A program made the position numbers and the translations under genes. DNA of 64,000 nucleotides from Bdellovibrionota bacterium (GTDB lineage: Bacteria; Bdellovibrionota_C; UBA2361; OMII01). The notes under the pieces are model-generated. The model searched no databases and was not told the DNA's origin. It worked only from the letters and a program-made list of their open reading frames with translations. The stretch spans positions 28,363-92,362 of the forward strand of contig JBIJBE010000010.1 of NCBI GenBank assembly GCA_044345405.1, written 5' to 3'. This document shows positions 29,208 to 38,721 of this stretch, one piece after another (the stretch's first letter is position 1; every line of letters begins with the position of its first letter).

Positions 29208-30182
29208 TTACGCCCGACTAGAATGAATCGTCCGATCAAGCTTTTTGAGGTAATCCTTTGTGCCGAGAGTAGTCCCTGAGGGGTCGCTTCTCCATCGCTT
29301 GTGAATCCATACCCATTGGTCAGGGCGCTCGCGGATAAGCCGCTCAAGGTTGCGGTGATACTCCGCCAGGATCTCCTCGGTGCTCTTTGAGCTGTCGAGT
29401 TCCTCTGTGTGAATTTCGAAGTGCGTTCCTTTCGTGCGGATGATGAACGCGCTCACAAAACGGGCGTTGAATCGTTTGCCGAGATCAACCAGAGCGGATG
29501 GAGTTTTAGCTGGTGTACCGAGGAAGGGTACGAAGACGCTATCGACTCGAGTGTCTTGATCGATCAGCGCCGCCATGACGCGACGCTCCTTGAAGCAGGC
29601 GATAATTCGTTTGATTCCGCTTCTGTCCGAGCGCCATATCGTGTCGATTCCGTAGGCCTCTCGCATCGAGCGGAGCGCCACCTGTACATCTGGATTGCGG
29701 GCCTCTTTGCCAACCGTCGCGAGAGGGATCCCACGGGCGATAGTGTACGCGGCGAGGAGATCCCAATTCCCCGTGTGCGCGGTCAACGCGATGATCGGTC
29801 GATCGTCCTTTGTCCATTTAAGGATCGTGTCCCACTGAGGGCACGAGATGTGGGTGAATGGTGGTTTCAAGAGGGGGTGTAAGTTCAAGCTCTCCATCAT
29901 CGAGCGACCGACGTTCTCGAAGATCTTGGGAACCACCCTCGATGATGAGGCCTCCGGAAGAAACGCCTGGAGTTGAAGCGCGGCGATACGGGCCTCTCGC
30001 AGTGGAAGTCGTCCGACGAGGTTTCCGATGGCGCCCCCCAGCGCGCTTCGCGCTGAGATCGGGATGAGGCCCACCATTTTTATAAGGGTGAGAAGCGCGC
30101 GAGAGGTGAGCGTTCGCGTCTCAGGTGACGCGCTCACTTCCTCTGACGGTGATTCTTGGGAGGCTAGAGAGGCGTCGACCAT
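29208..30182 (-). CDS. Lipid A late acyltransferase (LpxL/HtrB family)
   Basis: AHTGNWD, LIDQ, PDQWVWIHKRW. Confidence 0.92.
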   Translation of the reverse strand: MVDASLASQESPSEEVSASPETRTLTSRALLTLIKMVGLIPISARSALGGAIGNLVGRLPLREARIAALQLQAFLPEASSSRVVPKIFENVGRSMMESLNLHPLLKPPFTHISCPQWDTILKWTKDDRPIIALTAHTGNWDLLAAYTIARGIPLATVGKEARNPDVQVALRSMREAYGIDTIWRSDRSGIKRIIACFKERRVMAALIDQDTRVDSVFVPFLGTPAKTPSALVDLGKRFNARFVSAFIIRTKGTHFEIHTEELDSSKSTEEILAEYHRNLERLIRERPDQWVWIHKRWRSDPSGTTLGTKDYLKKLDRTIHSSRA

Positions 30183-31267
30183 TCGGCGTCATCATCCTTT
30201 GAACGTTTATCTCGAAGCCCTTGCAGGAGGAGGAAATCGGAGAGTCGGTCGTGTACGAGGAGTCCTATAAATTCCCCCTTTTGCGTGACGATCAGAACGG
30301 GCGTGCCCGTTTCCTCAAGCGTGGTGAATGCGGCGGAGAGGGGGGACTCTACGTCGATGGTTGGAACCTCCTGGAGGATAATTGAACCGAGGTACTCGTC
30401 GGGCTGCGTGGCGGCGTGCTCAAGGATGTCATCACGGTGGATGATTCCGATGACTTTATCACCGTGCATGACGGGATAGAGGGGCTGAAGCGAGGTTAGG
30501 GCGGTTCTCAGTGCCTTTGATACCGTTGTTCCATGTGTGAAGGTTTCGAGACGCCCTCGGGGAATCATGGCGTCGCGAACCGTAAACGCGACCGCGACGA
30601 TCCGAGCTTCGGCTCGCACGTATTCTTGCACAGCTCCAAAGAAGATGATGAAAGCGATAACGAGGAGCATCGGTTGCTCAAGCGCGATGGCCGCGATTCC
30701 CATCAGAAGACAGATGCCCTGACTCAGCCGAGCCGCCACTCTCGTCGGCTGTTTGACGCGGAGAAGACTCAATACCGCGCGCGCTACACGCCCACCATCC
30801 ATGGGAAGGGCTGGTAAGAGATTGAACACAGCGATGGCGATATTGGTGATGAAGAGACGATCGAGCAACGTGAGGGTTGTGAGGTCCCTGTTCACGAGAG
30901 ACCCGATGTCGGTCCACGGATAGAGTCCGGCCGCTATAACGAGGTTCGTGATGGGTCCCACGATAGAGATGAAGAGCTCACCCTTAGGGGTGGGCTGGGC
31001 CATAATCGAGGCGATCCCTCCGAAGGGGTATAAGGTGATCTCCTTGGTTTGAATGCCGAACCTTTTCGCCATCAGCGCGTGGGAGAGTTCGTGAGCGAGA
31101 ACGCAGGTGAAAACGAGGATGACAAAACCCGCCTCTTTCATGGGCGATGGGGCTGCCGTTCCAAACGCGAGCCACACAAGAAGAAAGAGAAAGGTGACGT
31201 GGACTCGGATAGGTATCGAGGCAATAGTTCCCATCTCAAGGGACCATGCGGAGCGTTTTGGATTCAT
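30164..31267 (-). CDS. Site-2 protease (M50) with CBS domains
   Basis: HELSH, FNLLPALPMDGGR, C-terminal CBS pair. Confidence 0.95.
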   Translation of the reverse strand: MNPKRSAWSLEMGTIASIPIRVHVTFLFLLVWLAFGTAAPSPMKEAGFVILVFTCVLAHELSHALMAKRFGIQTKEITLYPFGGIASIMAQPTPKGELFISIVGPITNLVIAAGLYPWTDIGSLVNRDLTTLTLLDRLFITNIAIAVFNLLPALPMDGGRVARAVLSLLRVKQPTRVAARLSQGICLLMGIAAIALEQPMLLVIAFIIFFGAVQEYVRAEARIVAVAFTVRDAMIPRGRLETFTHGTTVSKALRTALTSLQPLYPVMHGDKVIGIIHRDDILEHAATQPDEYLGSIILQEVPTIDVESPLSAAFTTLEETGTPVLIVTQKGEFIGLLVHDRLSDFLLLQGLRDKRSKDDDAEWSTPL

Positions 31268-31610
31268 GAGGTTCTCCTTGGTGCGCGATGCTACACGGAA
31301 TCTGAGTGAATGTGTACTGGGTGCCTTCGCCCGGTAAGGGGCATGTTCTCGTTATCTTTCCAAATCTTAGGCGAGATAGGGGGTGCGCTCCCACATACCA
31401 CCGTCCAGCCTGGAGCGGTACAAACCGTCAAGCTCAGAGACCTAACGTCGTCAGTTCACGGGGTGTCTGAGATAGCCGGGATACTCCACCTATTTTCTCT
31501 CAACCGCGCCGATAGGGGTTTTTGACCTTATGGGGGTAAGTGGTAGGATTCCAACGTCTTGTTGGGATGGGCGAGAGATCCCGACGAGGAACGTCATCGT
31601 AGAGGGCACT

Positions 31611-32894
31611 ATGGTTCAGGAGAGAGTTGCTGTTGTTGGCTTGGGGTATGTTGGTCTTCCTCTGGCTTTAGCGCTCGGTCGCGCGTTTAAGGATACGGTG
31701 GGGCTCGATGTGAGCTCATCAAAGATACGTATGCTCCAGGAGGGGAAGGACCCCACCTTCGAGGGGCTGGAGCCTGAGATTCAAAACTCTACGATTACCT
31801 TCACGACCGACCCCGCTCTCTTGAAGGAATGCGATGTCGTTATCGTCGCGGTGCCGACCCCGATTGATGAGAATCGACAACCTGATCTCAGCGCGCTGAC
31901 AAAGGCGAGCATCGCTGTCGCGCAAAATCTTAAGAAGGGGGCTGTCGTTGTGTATGAGTCCACGGTGTATCCGGGACTCACGGAGGATGTGTGTGGCGAG
32001 ATCCTCAAGAAGGAATCCGGTCTGCGTCGAGGAGTTGATTTCTTCCTCGGCTACTCTCCCGAGCGCATCAATCCTGGTGACAAGGAACACACCCTTGAGA
32101 GTATCGTCAAAGTGGTCGCTGGAGAAGATGAGGCGACGACCGAGCGAATCGCGAAGGTATACGGCGCCGTCGTGAAGGCTGGTCTTCACCGCGCTCCGTC
32201 GATCCGCGTAGCCGAGGCCGCGAAGGTTATTGAGAATACGCAACGTGACCTTAATATCGCGCTGATGAACGAGCTCGCGTTGATCTTTGATCGAATGGGA
32301 TTACGAACCAAGGATGTCCTAGAGGCGGCGGGGACGAAGTGGAACTTTCTCAAGTTTTCACCGGGGCTTGTTGGCGGACACTGCATCGGCGTTGACCCGT
32401 ACTACCTCACCGCGAAGGCGCAGCAGCTCGGTTATCACCCCCAGGTTATCCTCGCGGGTCGTCGCATCAATGATGACATGGGGAAGTTCATCGCGCAGCG
32501 ATTGGTGAAGCTTATGATTCACGCTGGCATGCCGCTTAAGGGTTCTCGCGTGGGGATCCTCGGAGTGACCTTCAAGGAGAACGTGACCGATATTCGAAAC
32601 AGTAGAGTTCCGGACATCGCGCGCGAGCTTGAGGAGTTTGGAATTGAGGCGCTCATTCACGATCCCCTCGCGGATGGAAAGCATGTTGAGCACGAGTACG
32701 GGATGCGATTATACGACTGGGACTCCCTAAATGGTGTCAACGGATTGGTGTACGCCGTTCCTCACGATACCTTCCGTCAGATGACGGGGCAGCGCATGGC
32801 GAATCTTCTTACCAAGGGGGGTGTTTTCGTTGATGTCAAATCGTCGCTGAAGCCCTCCGATGTTCCGAGCCATGTGTCCTATTGGAGTTTATAG
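31611..32894 (+). CDS. UDP-GlcNAc/GalNAc 6-dehydrogenase (TviB/WbpO-like)
   Basis: GLGYVGLP, YESTVYPG, SPERINPG, GGHCIGVDPYYL. Confidence 0.95.
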   Translation: MVQERVAVVGLGYVGLPLALALGRAFKDTVGLDVSSSKIRMLQEGKDPTFEGLEPEIQNSTITFTTDPALLKECDVVIVAVPTPIDENRQPDLSALTKASIAVAQNLKKGAVVVYESTVYPGLTEDVCGEILKKESGLRRGVDFFLGYSPERINPGDKEHTLESIVKVVAGEDEATTERIAKVYGAVVKAGLHRAPSIRVAEAAKVIENTQRDLNIALMNELALIFDRMGLRTKDVLEAAGTKWNFLKFSPGLVGGHCIGVDPYYLTAKAQQLGYHPQVILAGRRINDDMGKFIAQRLVKLMIHAGMPLKGSRVGILGVTFKENVTDIRNSRVPDIARELEEFGIEALIHDPLADGKHVEHEYGMRLYDWDSLNGVNGLVYAVPHDTFRQMTGQRMANLLTKGGVFVDVKSSLKPSDVPSHVSYWSL

Positions 32895-32896
32895 AG

Positions 32897-33916
32897 ATGT
32901 CAGAGACGTTATCGCCGCAGCGTAGTTGGCTCGTTACCGGAGCCGCTGGATTTATTGGCTCGCACCTGGTTGAGACCCTCCTTAAGAGGGGACAGCGGGT
33001 GGTTGGGATCGATAACTTCTCAACGGGTAAGCGAGAGAACATCGACTACCTTAGGGAAACGGCGGATCCAGAGCATCGACAGCTCTTCACCTTTTTTGAG
33101 CAAGATATCCGAGATCGAGATGGGCTCACCGATCTTGTGAAACGTCACACCCCTGATGTGATTCTGCACCAAGCCGCGCTTGGTTCGGTGCCGCGTTCTA
33201 TCTCTGATCCGATCGCCTCGCACCAATCGAACGTGGACGGGTTCGTAAACATGCTTGAGGCGGCCCGTCTCTCGAATGTGAAGCGATTTGTGTACGCCTC
33301 TTCCAGCTCCGTGTACGGCGATATCACCGATAGCTCGAAGGTTGAATCCCGTATCGGAAATTGTCTCTCGCCGTACGCGGTGACGAAGCGGTGCAATGAG
33401 CTCTACGCGCAGGTGTTCGGTCGTACCTACGGGATGGAGACGATCGGACTTCGATATTTTAACGTGTTCGGACCTCGCCAAGATCCCAAGGGTCCGTACG
33501 CCGCGGTGATTCCTCGGTGGCTTGAGGCTATCCGCGCGGGTGACCAGGCGGTGATGTACGGAGATGGAAGTACCTCGCGAGACTTCTGCTTCGTGCGTAA
33601 CGTTGTCCAAGCGAACATCCTCGCGGGAACCGTTGAGTCGGGAAGCGCCGCTGTGAATGGGGTCGTGAATATCGCTTGTGGCGCTACGACCTCTTTGAAG
33701 AAGCTGTTCGGACTCCTGCGGGATGAAGCCGCTCGGGTGAAGGGGGTCGATGTCGCGAAGATACCGTTGCCCACCGAGGAGCCGTTCCGAAAGGGGGATA
33801 TCCTTCACTCCCTCGCGGATATCTCTCTTGCCCGAAGCGCCTTAGGATACGAGCCAACCCACTCCGTAGAGCAGGGGATCGGTGAGCTCGTCGCCTGGTT
33901 CATGTCCCAGGGGTGA
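32897..33916 (+). CDS. UDP-GlcNAc 4-epimerase (TviC/WbpP-like)
   Basis: TGAAGFIG, HQAALGSVPRS, SPYAVTK, LRYFNVFGPRQDP. Confidence 0.95.
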   Translation: MSETLSPQRSWLVTGAAGFIGSHLVETLLKRGQRVVGIDNFSTGKRENIDYLRETADPEHRQLFTFFEQDIRDRDGLTDLVKRHTPDVILHQAALGSVPRSISDPIASHQSNVDGFVNMLEAARLSNVKRFVYASSSSVYGDITDSSKVESRIGNCLSPYAVTKRCNELYAQVFGRTYGMETIGLRYFNVFGPRQDPKGPYAAVIPRWLEAIRAGDQAVMYGDGSTSRDFCFVRNVVQANILAGTVESGSAAVNGVVNIACGATTSLKKLFGLLRDEAARVKGVDVAKIPLPTEEPFRKGDILHSLADISLARSALGYEPTHSVEQGIGELVAWFMSQG

Positions 33917-34138
33917 CCTGGGCGTTTCGGGCCGATTTGGCACAGGAGAACGGGGGTTCTGAGCGATACTGAAAGCGCATCCCAGTAAAATCAGCCGGTT
34001 GTCTTCTCGGTTCACGCCTCACCTTTTGCGAAGATACACGGTTTTTGGTACATTTGCGGCATGGTCCGACCTTCGGAGCATAACCTTTTTGTCGTACTTT
34101 GAGTTTTTACCCTGGGCTTATTTCCGAGAGGGGGATGT

Positions 34139-34873
34139 GTGAGTATCTCTGTTTTATCTTCGTGCGAGGCGTCTGATAACGCGCATGCCAACGAGGTAGT
34201 CTCTCCGTTTACTAATCCATCGGTCGCGTTCACCCTCGTGTCTGAAGAGGATGTGAAGGATTTCCAGCTTCATCCCCTTGAGCAAGAGGCTCTGGGAGAC
34301 GCGGTATCTCTCAAGCGCAAGCAAGATTTCATCCTCGGTCGCGCGGCAGCTCGTAAGAGCCTCTCCGCTATCGGATTTCCTGTTGTGTCTCCGGTTCTCC
34401 GTGGGGAGCAGCGTGAGCCGCTCTGGCCAGTAGGTGTCGTTGGTTCAATCTCTCACAGTGGTGCGTACGGCGTCGCTGTAGCGGCGTGGCAACAGGACGT
34501 GCCGGCGCTCGGCATCGATATTCAAAAAGTAGAGGAGCGATACACCGACGAGTTGATCGCTCGCTTCGCTGATCCTGATGAGTTCGACTGGGTTCGTTCC
34601 GACCCCGCTAAGCGCACCGAGAGAGCTGTGAAGCTCTTCTCCGCTAAGGAGAGTATCTTCAAAGCTCTCTACGTTCTCCGTCGTGTATGGTTTGCCTTTG
34701 ATGTAGCGCACCTTACGCCAAAGGAGTGCGAGGCCGGTTTCCACGCCTCCGTTCGCCTTCCAGCCCTCTCAACGGGCGTTGTTAACCTCGAGGTAGGGGT
34801 GAGCTCCTTCAATGGATACATCATCACAGGCGCGTGGCTCTCGAACCCGGTGCAGTTCACGACGGGGGAGTAG
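34139..34873 (+). CDS. 4'-phosphopantetheinyl transferase (EntD/Sfp-like)
   Basis: GRAAAR, PLWPVGVVGSISH, LGIDIQ, FSAKESIFKA. Confidence 0.93.
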   Translation: MSISVLSSCEASDNAHANEVVSPFTNPSVAFTLVSEEDVKDFQLHPLEQEALGDAVSLKRKQDFILGRAAARKSLSAIGFPVVSPVLRGEQREPLWPVGVVGSISHSGAYGVAVAAWQQDVPALGIDIQKVEERYTDELIARFADPDEFDWVRSDPAKRTERAVKLFSAKESIFKALYVLRRVWFAFDVAHLTPKECEAGFHASVRLPALSTGVVNLEVGVSSFNGYIITGAWLSNPVQFTTGE

Positions 34874-34965
34874 GCCCCTGTCGAGCATTTTAACCGGCGC
34901 TTGTGTGCGCATGGTAGTGTTCGTGCCTAGCGTAGCGTAACTCTGGCTGTCCTCCGTGACTTTTC

Positions 34966-35033
34966 GGCGACCAGGAATGGTCGCCCTCCGGACGTGCGAC
35001 CCCTGTTTGGGAGGACGCTCATTTCTGAGCGCC
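34966..35033. repeat. Back-to-back REP pair
   Basis: GGCGACCAGGAATGGTCGCCCTCC and GGGAGGACGCTCATTTCTGAGCGCC. Confidence 0.85.
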
Positions 35034-35104
35034 ATGTGATTGCGTGCCGTGATGTGGAGTGAGTAAGAGGAATAAGAAGCGAGCAGAGAGCACAACAAAG
35101 CCGT

Positions 35105-35153
35105 AAAGAGATGCCCGGTGGAGGATTCGAGAAACGAACTCCACCGGGCATCT
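35105..35153 (-). terminator. Long hairpin/terminator downstream of Pro-rich gene A
   Basis: AGATGCCCGGTGGAG/CTCCACCGGGCATCT perfect 15-bp stem. Confidence 0.75.
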
Positions 35154-35183
35154 TTGCAACCTCACCACACCATCACACCCTCA

Positions 35184-35504
35184 TCAACGATGACGATGCG
35201 CATGACCGTGGTAGTGATAGTGCCCGTACGGACGCCCAAAGCCGAAGCCAAAGCTTACGACCGGGGGCGCATAGTACACGGGTGGACCGTATACTACGAC
35301 GGGTGCTGGCGGCGCGACGTAGACCGGAGCCGGTGCATAGTACACCGGAGCCGGAACCACATACTGCACAGGGGGAGCCTGCACCACGATCGGGGCGGGG
35401 GCCACATAGACTGGCGACCCGAATCCGATCGAGAAGCTCACCTGCGCGGACGCGGATGAGCTCGACGCAACCATAAGAACCACAGCACTGAGGAACTTAC
35501 TCAT
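35184..35504 (-). CDS. Secreted Pro/Val/Tyr-rich protein A (PXPV-repeat-like) with His-rich tail
   Basis: AAGGAGGT RBS, signal peptide ASA|Q, repeated PVYY/VAPAP. Confidence 0.85.
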   Translation of the reverse strand: MSKFLSAVVLMVASSSSASAQVSFSIGFGSPVYVAPAPIVVQAPPVQYVVPAPVYYAPAPVYVAPPAPVVVYGPPVYYAPPVVSFGFGFGRPYGHYHYHGHAHRHR

Positions 35505-35542
35505 TGTTTTTCACCTCCTTCCTAGCACTGCTTTCCAAGCCA

Positions 35543-35677
35543 AGCGCGCTCTCACACGAGGACGCGCTCGTCATGCCTAGCGATGCCGCGAAACAACCTC
35601 GATGGATCGTGCCGCGGCATCGCTAAGATAAAACCTCTTTCGTACTCTCTACCCGTTGCTTCTTTGTGGGGAGTCTA
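35543..35677 (-). promoter_or_regulatory. Conserved structured leader, copy A
   Basis: -10 TAGACT, ACGGGTAGAGAGT, AGCGATGCC hairpin and ACGAGnnCGTCC, all shared with 36863-36996. Confidence 0.7.
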
Positions 35678-35788
35678 GCGCTGAAGGGAGGGGGAGGCCA
35701 ATGCCAGGAACAGGCATTGATGGGGATGGGATAGGCTGAAATGGGCATTTTTAGGCGATGTTTTGGGTTAGATGCGTGTTACGAGCTG

Positions 35789-36189
35789 GCGAAGGTGGGC
35801 GGGCGACCGTCCTCGGTCGCCGAAAAGGTTACGCATCGCAAACGGATTGCACCTTATGTAACGCGGCGGTCAGGAATGACCGCCCTCCCGTGTGCCGGGG
35901 CGAAATTCTTGGCATATCGTCATGTATGGTGAATTCGCGAAGGTGGGAGGGCGACCATTCCTGGTCGCCGAAGAGGTTGCGCATCGCAGAGGGATTTCGC
36001 CTTCCGTAACGCGGCGGTCAGGAATGACCGCCGTCCCGTGTGCCGGGGCGAAATTCTCGGCATATCGTCATGTATGGTGAATTCGCGAAGGTGGGAGGGC
36101 GACCATTCCTGGTCGCCGAAGAGGTTGCGCATCGCAGAGGGATTTCGCCGCCCGTAACGTGGCGGTCAGGAATGACCGCCCTCCCGTGT
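35789..36189. repeat. Tandem REPIN array, 148-bp unit, about 2.7 copies (BIME-like)
   Basis: Units start at 35789, 35937 and 36085; each holds two inverted REPs. Confidence 0.95.
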
Positions 36190-36405
36190 CACGGGCCGCG
36201 GTAGTGGCGGAGCTATTATTCCTGGTCCCCGAAAAACGCACGCTGTAGTTTGTGGAGATACGCCAAGAGGAGGGGCGCGAAAAAAGAGAAGTGGTAGAGA
36301 GTTCAAAAGAACATTTGGAAAAAAGGGCCTGGTGTCGTGAAACATCAGAACCGTGCTGTACCACCTCTCGAGACAAGAACGGCTAGACCTTAGTCGTTCT
36401 TAGTA

Positions 36406-36822
36406 TCAATCCCAGCTGAAGCGAGGCCCGATCGAGAAGCGCTTGCGCTCCTTGTGGATCGGGACTTGAGCGGCGGGGATCAGATACGGCTGCGGCTGTT
36501 GGGGCGGCGCGGAGTTGACGACGGGAACCAGGGTGTAGGTTCCGTTGCCGTTCGGCACCGCCACAACGTTGGGAGTCGGGGCGGGAGCCGCGACGACCGG
36601 AGCAGCCGTGGTGACAGGAGCAGCGGGCGCTTGCGCGACCGGAGCCTGCACGACCGGAGCCGAGACGACGGGAGCTTGCGCGGGAGCCGGCGCGTAATAC
36701 ACCGGAACCCCTTGCCCATCGACCGACTTGCTGTATTCCAGCACCGAGAACCCGAAGGAGCCGGCGTTGGCGTTGGTGGCGATCGCGGCGAAGAGCGCCG
36801 CAATCATGACTTGATTTTTCAT
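36406..36822 (-). CDS. Secreted Pro/Ala/Val-rich protein B
   Basis: Start MKNQVM, signal peptide ANA|G, PVYYAPAP, C-terminal FSIGPRFSWD. Confidence 0.85.
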   Translation of the reverse strand: MKNQVMIAALFAAIATNANAGSFGFSVLEYSKSVDGQGVPVYYAPAPAQAPVVSAPVVQAPVAQAPAAPVTTAAPVVAAPAPTPNVVAVPNGNGTYTLVPVVNSAPPQQPQPYLIPAAQVPIHKERKRFSIGPRFSWD

Positions 36823-36862
36823 GTTGTAGTGTGAATTCACACCGCAAACAATAAACGATACA

Positions 36863-36996
36863 GAGGCGTCCACTCGGACGGTCTCGTTTCGTTTACCTCA
36901 GCGATGCCCAAAACTGGCCTATTCGCCAACTCTAGGCATCGCTGAGTGAGAACCATAATGAACTCTCTACCCGTATTCTTCTCTTTCACCATTCTA
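36863..36996 (-). promoter_or_regulatory. Conserved structured leader, copy B
   Basis: -10 TAGAAT, ACGGGTAGAGAGT, CTCAGCGATGCC hairpin, ACGAGnnCGTCC. Confidence 0.7.
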
Positions 36997-37196
36997 TGTG
37001 GTTCGCCGGAATTATGAACAAGAGATCTTAAAAATTGTGTAAGCGTAAAGGATGGAAGGGGATGGTAATGGATTGTTTTGGATGATTCCGACTTCCTCGC
37101 TCCCCTTCGGCGGTATGATATACGGATGCTCTGTAGGCTACGAAAAGCCCCTAGTAGAGCGGTTTAGAGGGTTTTAAGCTTCGGATAAACTCGCTC

Positions 37197-38492
37197 TTAC
37201 TCGCGCGCTTTCGCGATGCGGAGGATCTCCTCCCAGTCTTGAATCGTTGAGAGTTCAGAGAATGTTGTCCACTCAAAGACGCTTTTCAGGAAGGGCTCCT
37301 CACCTGGTAGTGGCAAGCTTTCAAGGGAGAGCGAGATGGAGAGCGCGGGATCCGGGAGCGTTTCAACGGGGGTGTTAACGTCGATTCCATAGGTATGGGT
37401 GGTTTTGAGGGACCCTCCCATCCTAAAGGTGGTACTGCGGTGGATCGCGAGATCGTTAAGGGCTCGAGGTGAATGCTCTTGAAAGGCCTCAGGTGTGAGG
37501 AGCCCCCCTGTCTTGGTACATTGCATCACCTCTTCGATGATCCCTTTGGTCACCCGCATCTGTGAGAGATACGCTATTTTGCTGATTTGCAGTGAGGATG
37601 GGCTGAGAATTGTGAGTGATTCATCTTGTGGGCACGTGGATGAGGTGTACGAATCTCGCCCCTCAGACGAGCCGTGTGCCTGTTGCTCGGTCTCGCTTGG
37701 TTCCGAATCCTCATCCTCCTCGTTAAACTCCGAAGAGTAGGTGGCGTCCCCCCAATCGGACTCCTCGTCGACTTCTCCGGTATCGAATCCGTCGGTAGCT
37801 TCCTGGTCCGCCCGTCCTTGAGCCTCTCGTTCCTGCTCAAGCTCAAGCTCGACGAGCTCCGCTGGAAAGAGGGCTGCGTAGAGGCGTACCTTTTGAAAAA
37901 TGTAGAGATCATCATCGTGCGGATAATCCTTCTCAACCGCGTAGGGACGAATGTCCCAAGGAATTGGCTCTTCCCTGAACAGTCTAAAAACCGCGTGAAC
38001 CTTTTCCCACCGCTTGTTCAGGTTGGCCGTTGAGTCCGCCTCACGTCCATCCTCCCACTCAAGGGCAACGCTCAAATCTCCGGCGGGAGTTCTTGAGAGG
38101 TTCACCTGGAGGTGGGATTCTTCGTCAATGTCCAGCGTGTCGGTATCGTGAGAGAGTCGCTGGATCGTCACATCTCTGCACACTGTTGAGTGTTCGTTGT
38201 GCCACACAAGGGTCTCCTTCTCCCGTATGATCGCCTTGGAGGTGGGGGTAGTCAGGGAGATGGGGGACTTCTCGAGCGGCTTGTTCTCCTTGAGTGACTC
38301 CCAGACCATCGCGATAACGGCGGGGTGGATGGACGCTCCGATGTGGGCGATGAGGATCTCAGCGTCGCGAAGGCTCGGGGTGATTATCTCTAGCCGCTTC
38401 GGATCCTGAAGGCAGGTGATAATGAGGTCGATGTTCTTGAGCGAGTTTGGAGACTCCTCAGGATGGGGAAAGGTAAACCGAGGGGGATGCAT
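37197..38492 (-). CDS. Hypothetical protein with central acidic linker
   Basis: 431-aa ORF, D/E/S-rich centre, no family recognised. Confidence 0.75.
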   Translation of the reverse strand: MHPPRFTFPHPEESPNSLKNIDLIITCLQDPKRLEIITPSLRDAEILIAHIGASIHPAVIAMVWESLKENKPLEKSPISLTTPTSKAIIREKETLVWHNEHSTVCRDVTIQRLSHDTDTLDIDEESHLQVNLSRTPAGDLSVALEWEDGREADSTANLNKRWEKVHAVFRLFREEPIPWDIRPYAVEKDYPHDDDLYIFQKVRLYAALFPAELVELELEQEREAQGRADQEATDGFDTGEVDEESDWGDATYSSEFNEEDEDSEPSETEQQAHGSSEGRDSYTSSTCPQDESLTILSPSSLQISKIAYLSQMRVTKGIIEEVMQCTKTGGLLTPEAFQEHSPRALNDLAIHRSTTFRMGGSLKTTHTYGIDVNTPVETLPDPALSISLSLESLPLPGEEPFLKSVFEWTTFSELSTIQDWEEILRIAKARE

Positions 38493-38668
38493 GGTTTCTT
38501 CCTATCTATGTCGTGATGTCCCAGAAGGATACGTGTGCCTCTGTTCTTTGGCTATTCGGACGCCCTCTGATTATGGCTGGTGAAGGGAATTAATTTTTCG
38601 ATGGTGACTATAACGGACTGATGGGGGCTGGGGGCTCGGTGGGGCGTACGTAAAGGTACGCGACCTTA

Positions 38669-38691
38669 GGCGACCGTGGACGGTCGCCCTC
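38669..38691. repeat. Degenerate solo REP
   Basis: GGCGACCGTGGACGGTCGCCCTC. Confidence 0.65.
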
Positions 38692-38721
38692 ACGTCCTTG
38701 AAATGTTTGAATGCGACGCCC

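Noticed and set aside
35789-36189. Possible CRISPR array
   Set aside because: The sequences between the palindromes are themselves repeated, the palindromes alternate in orientation, and there are no cas genes; this is a REPIN tandem.
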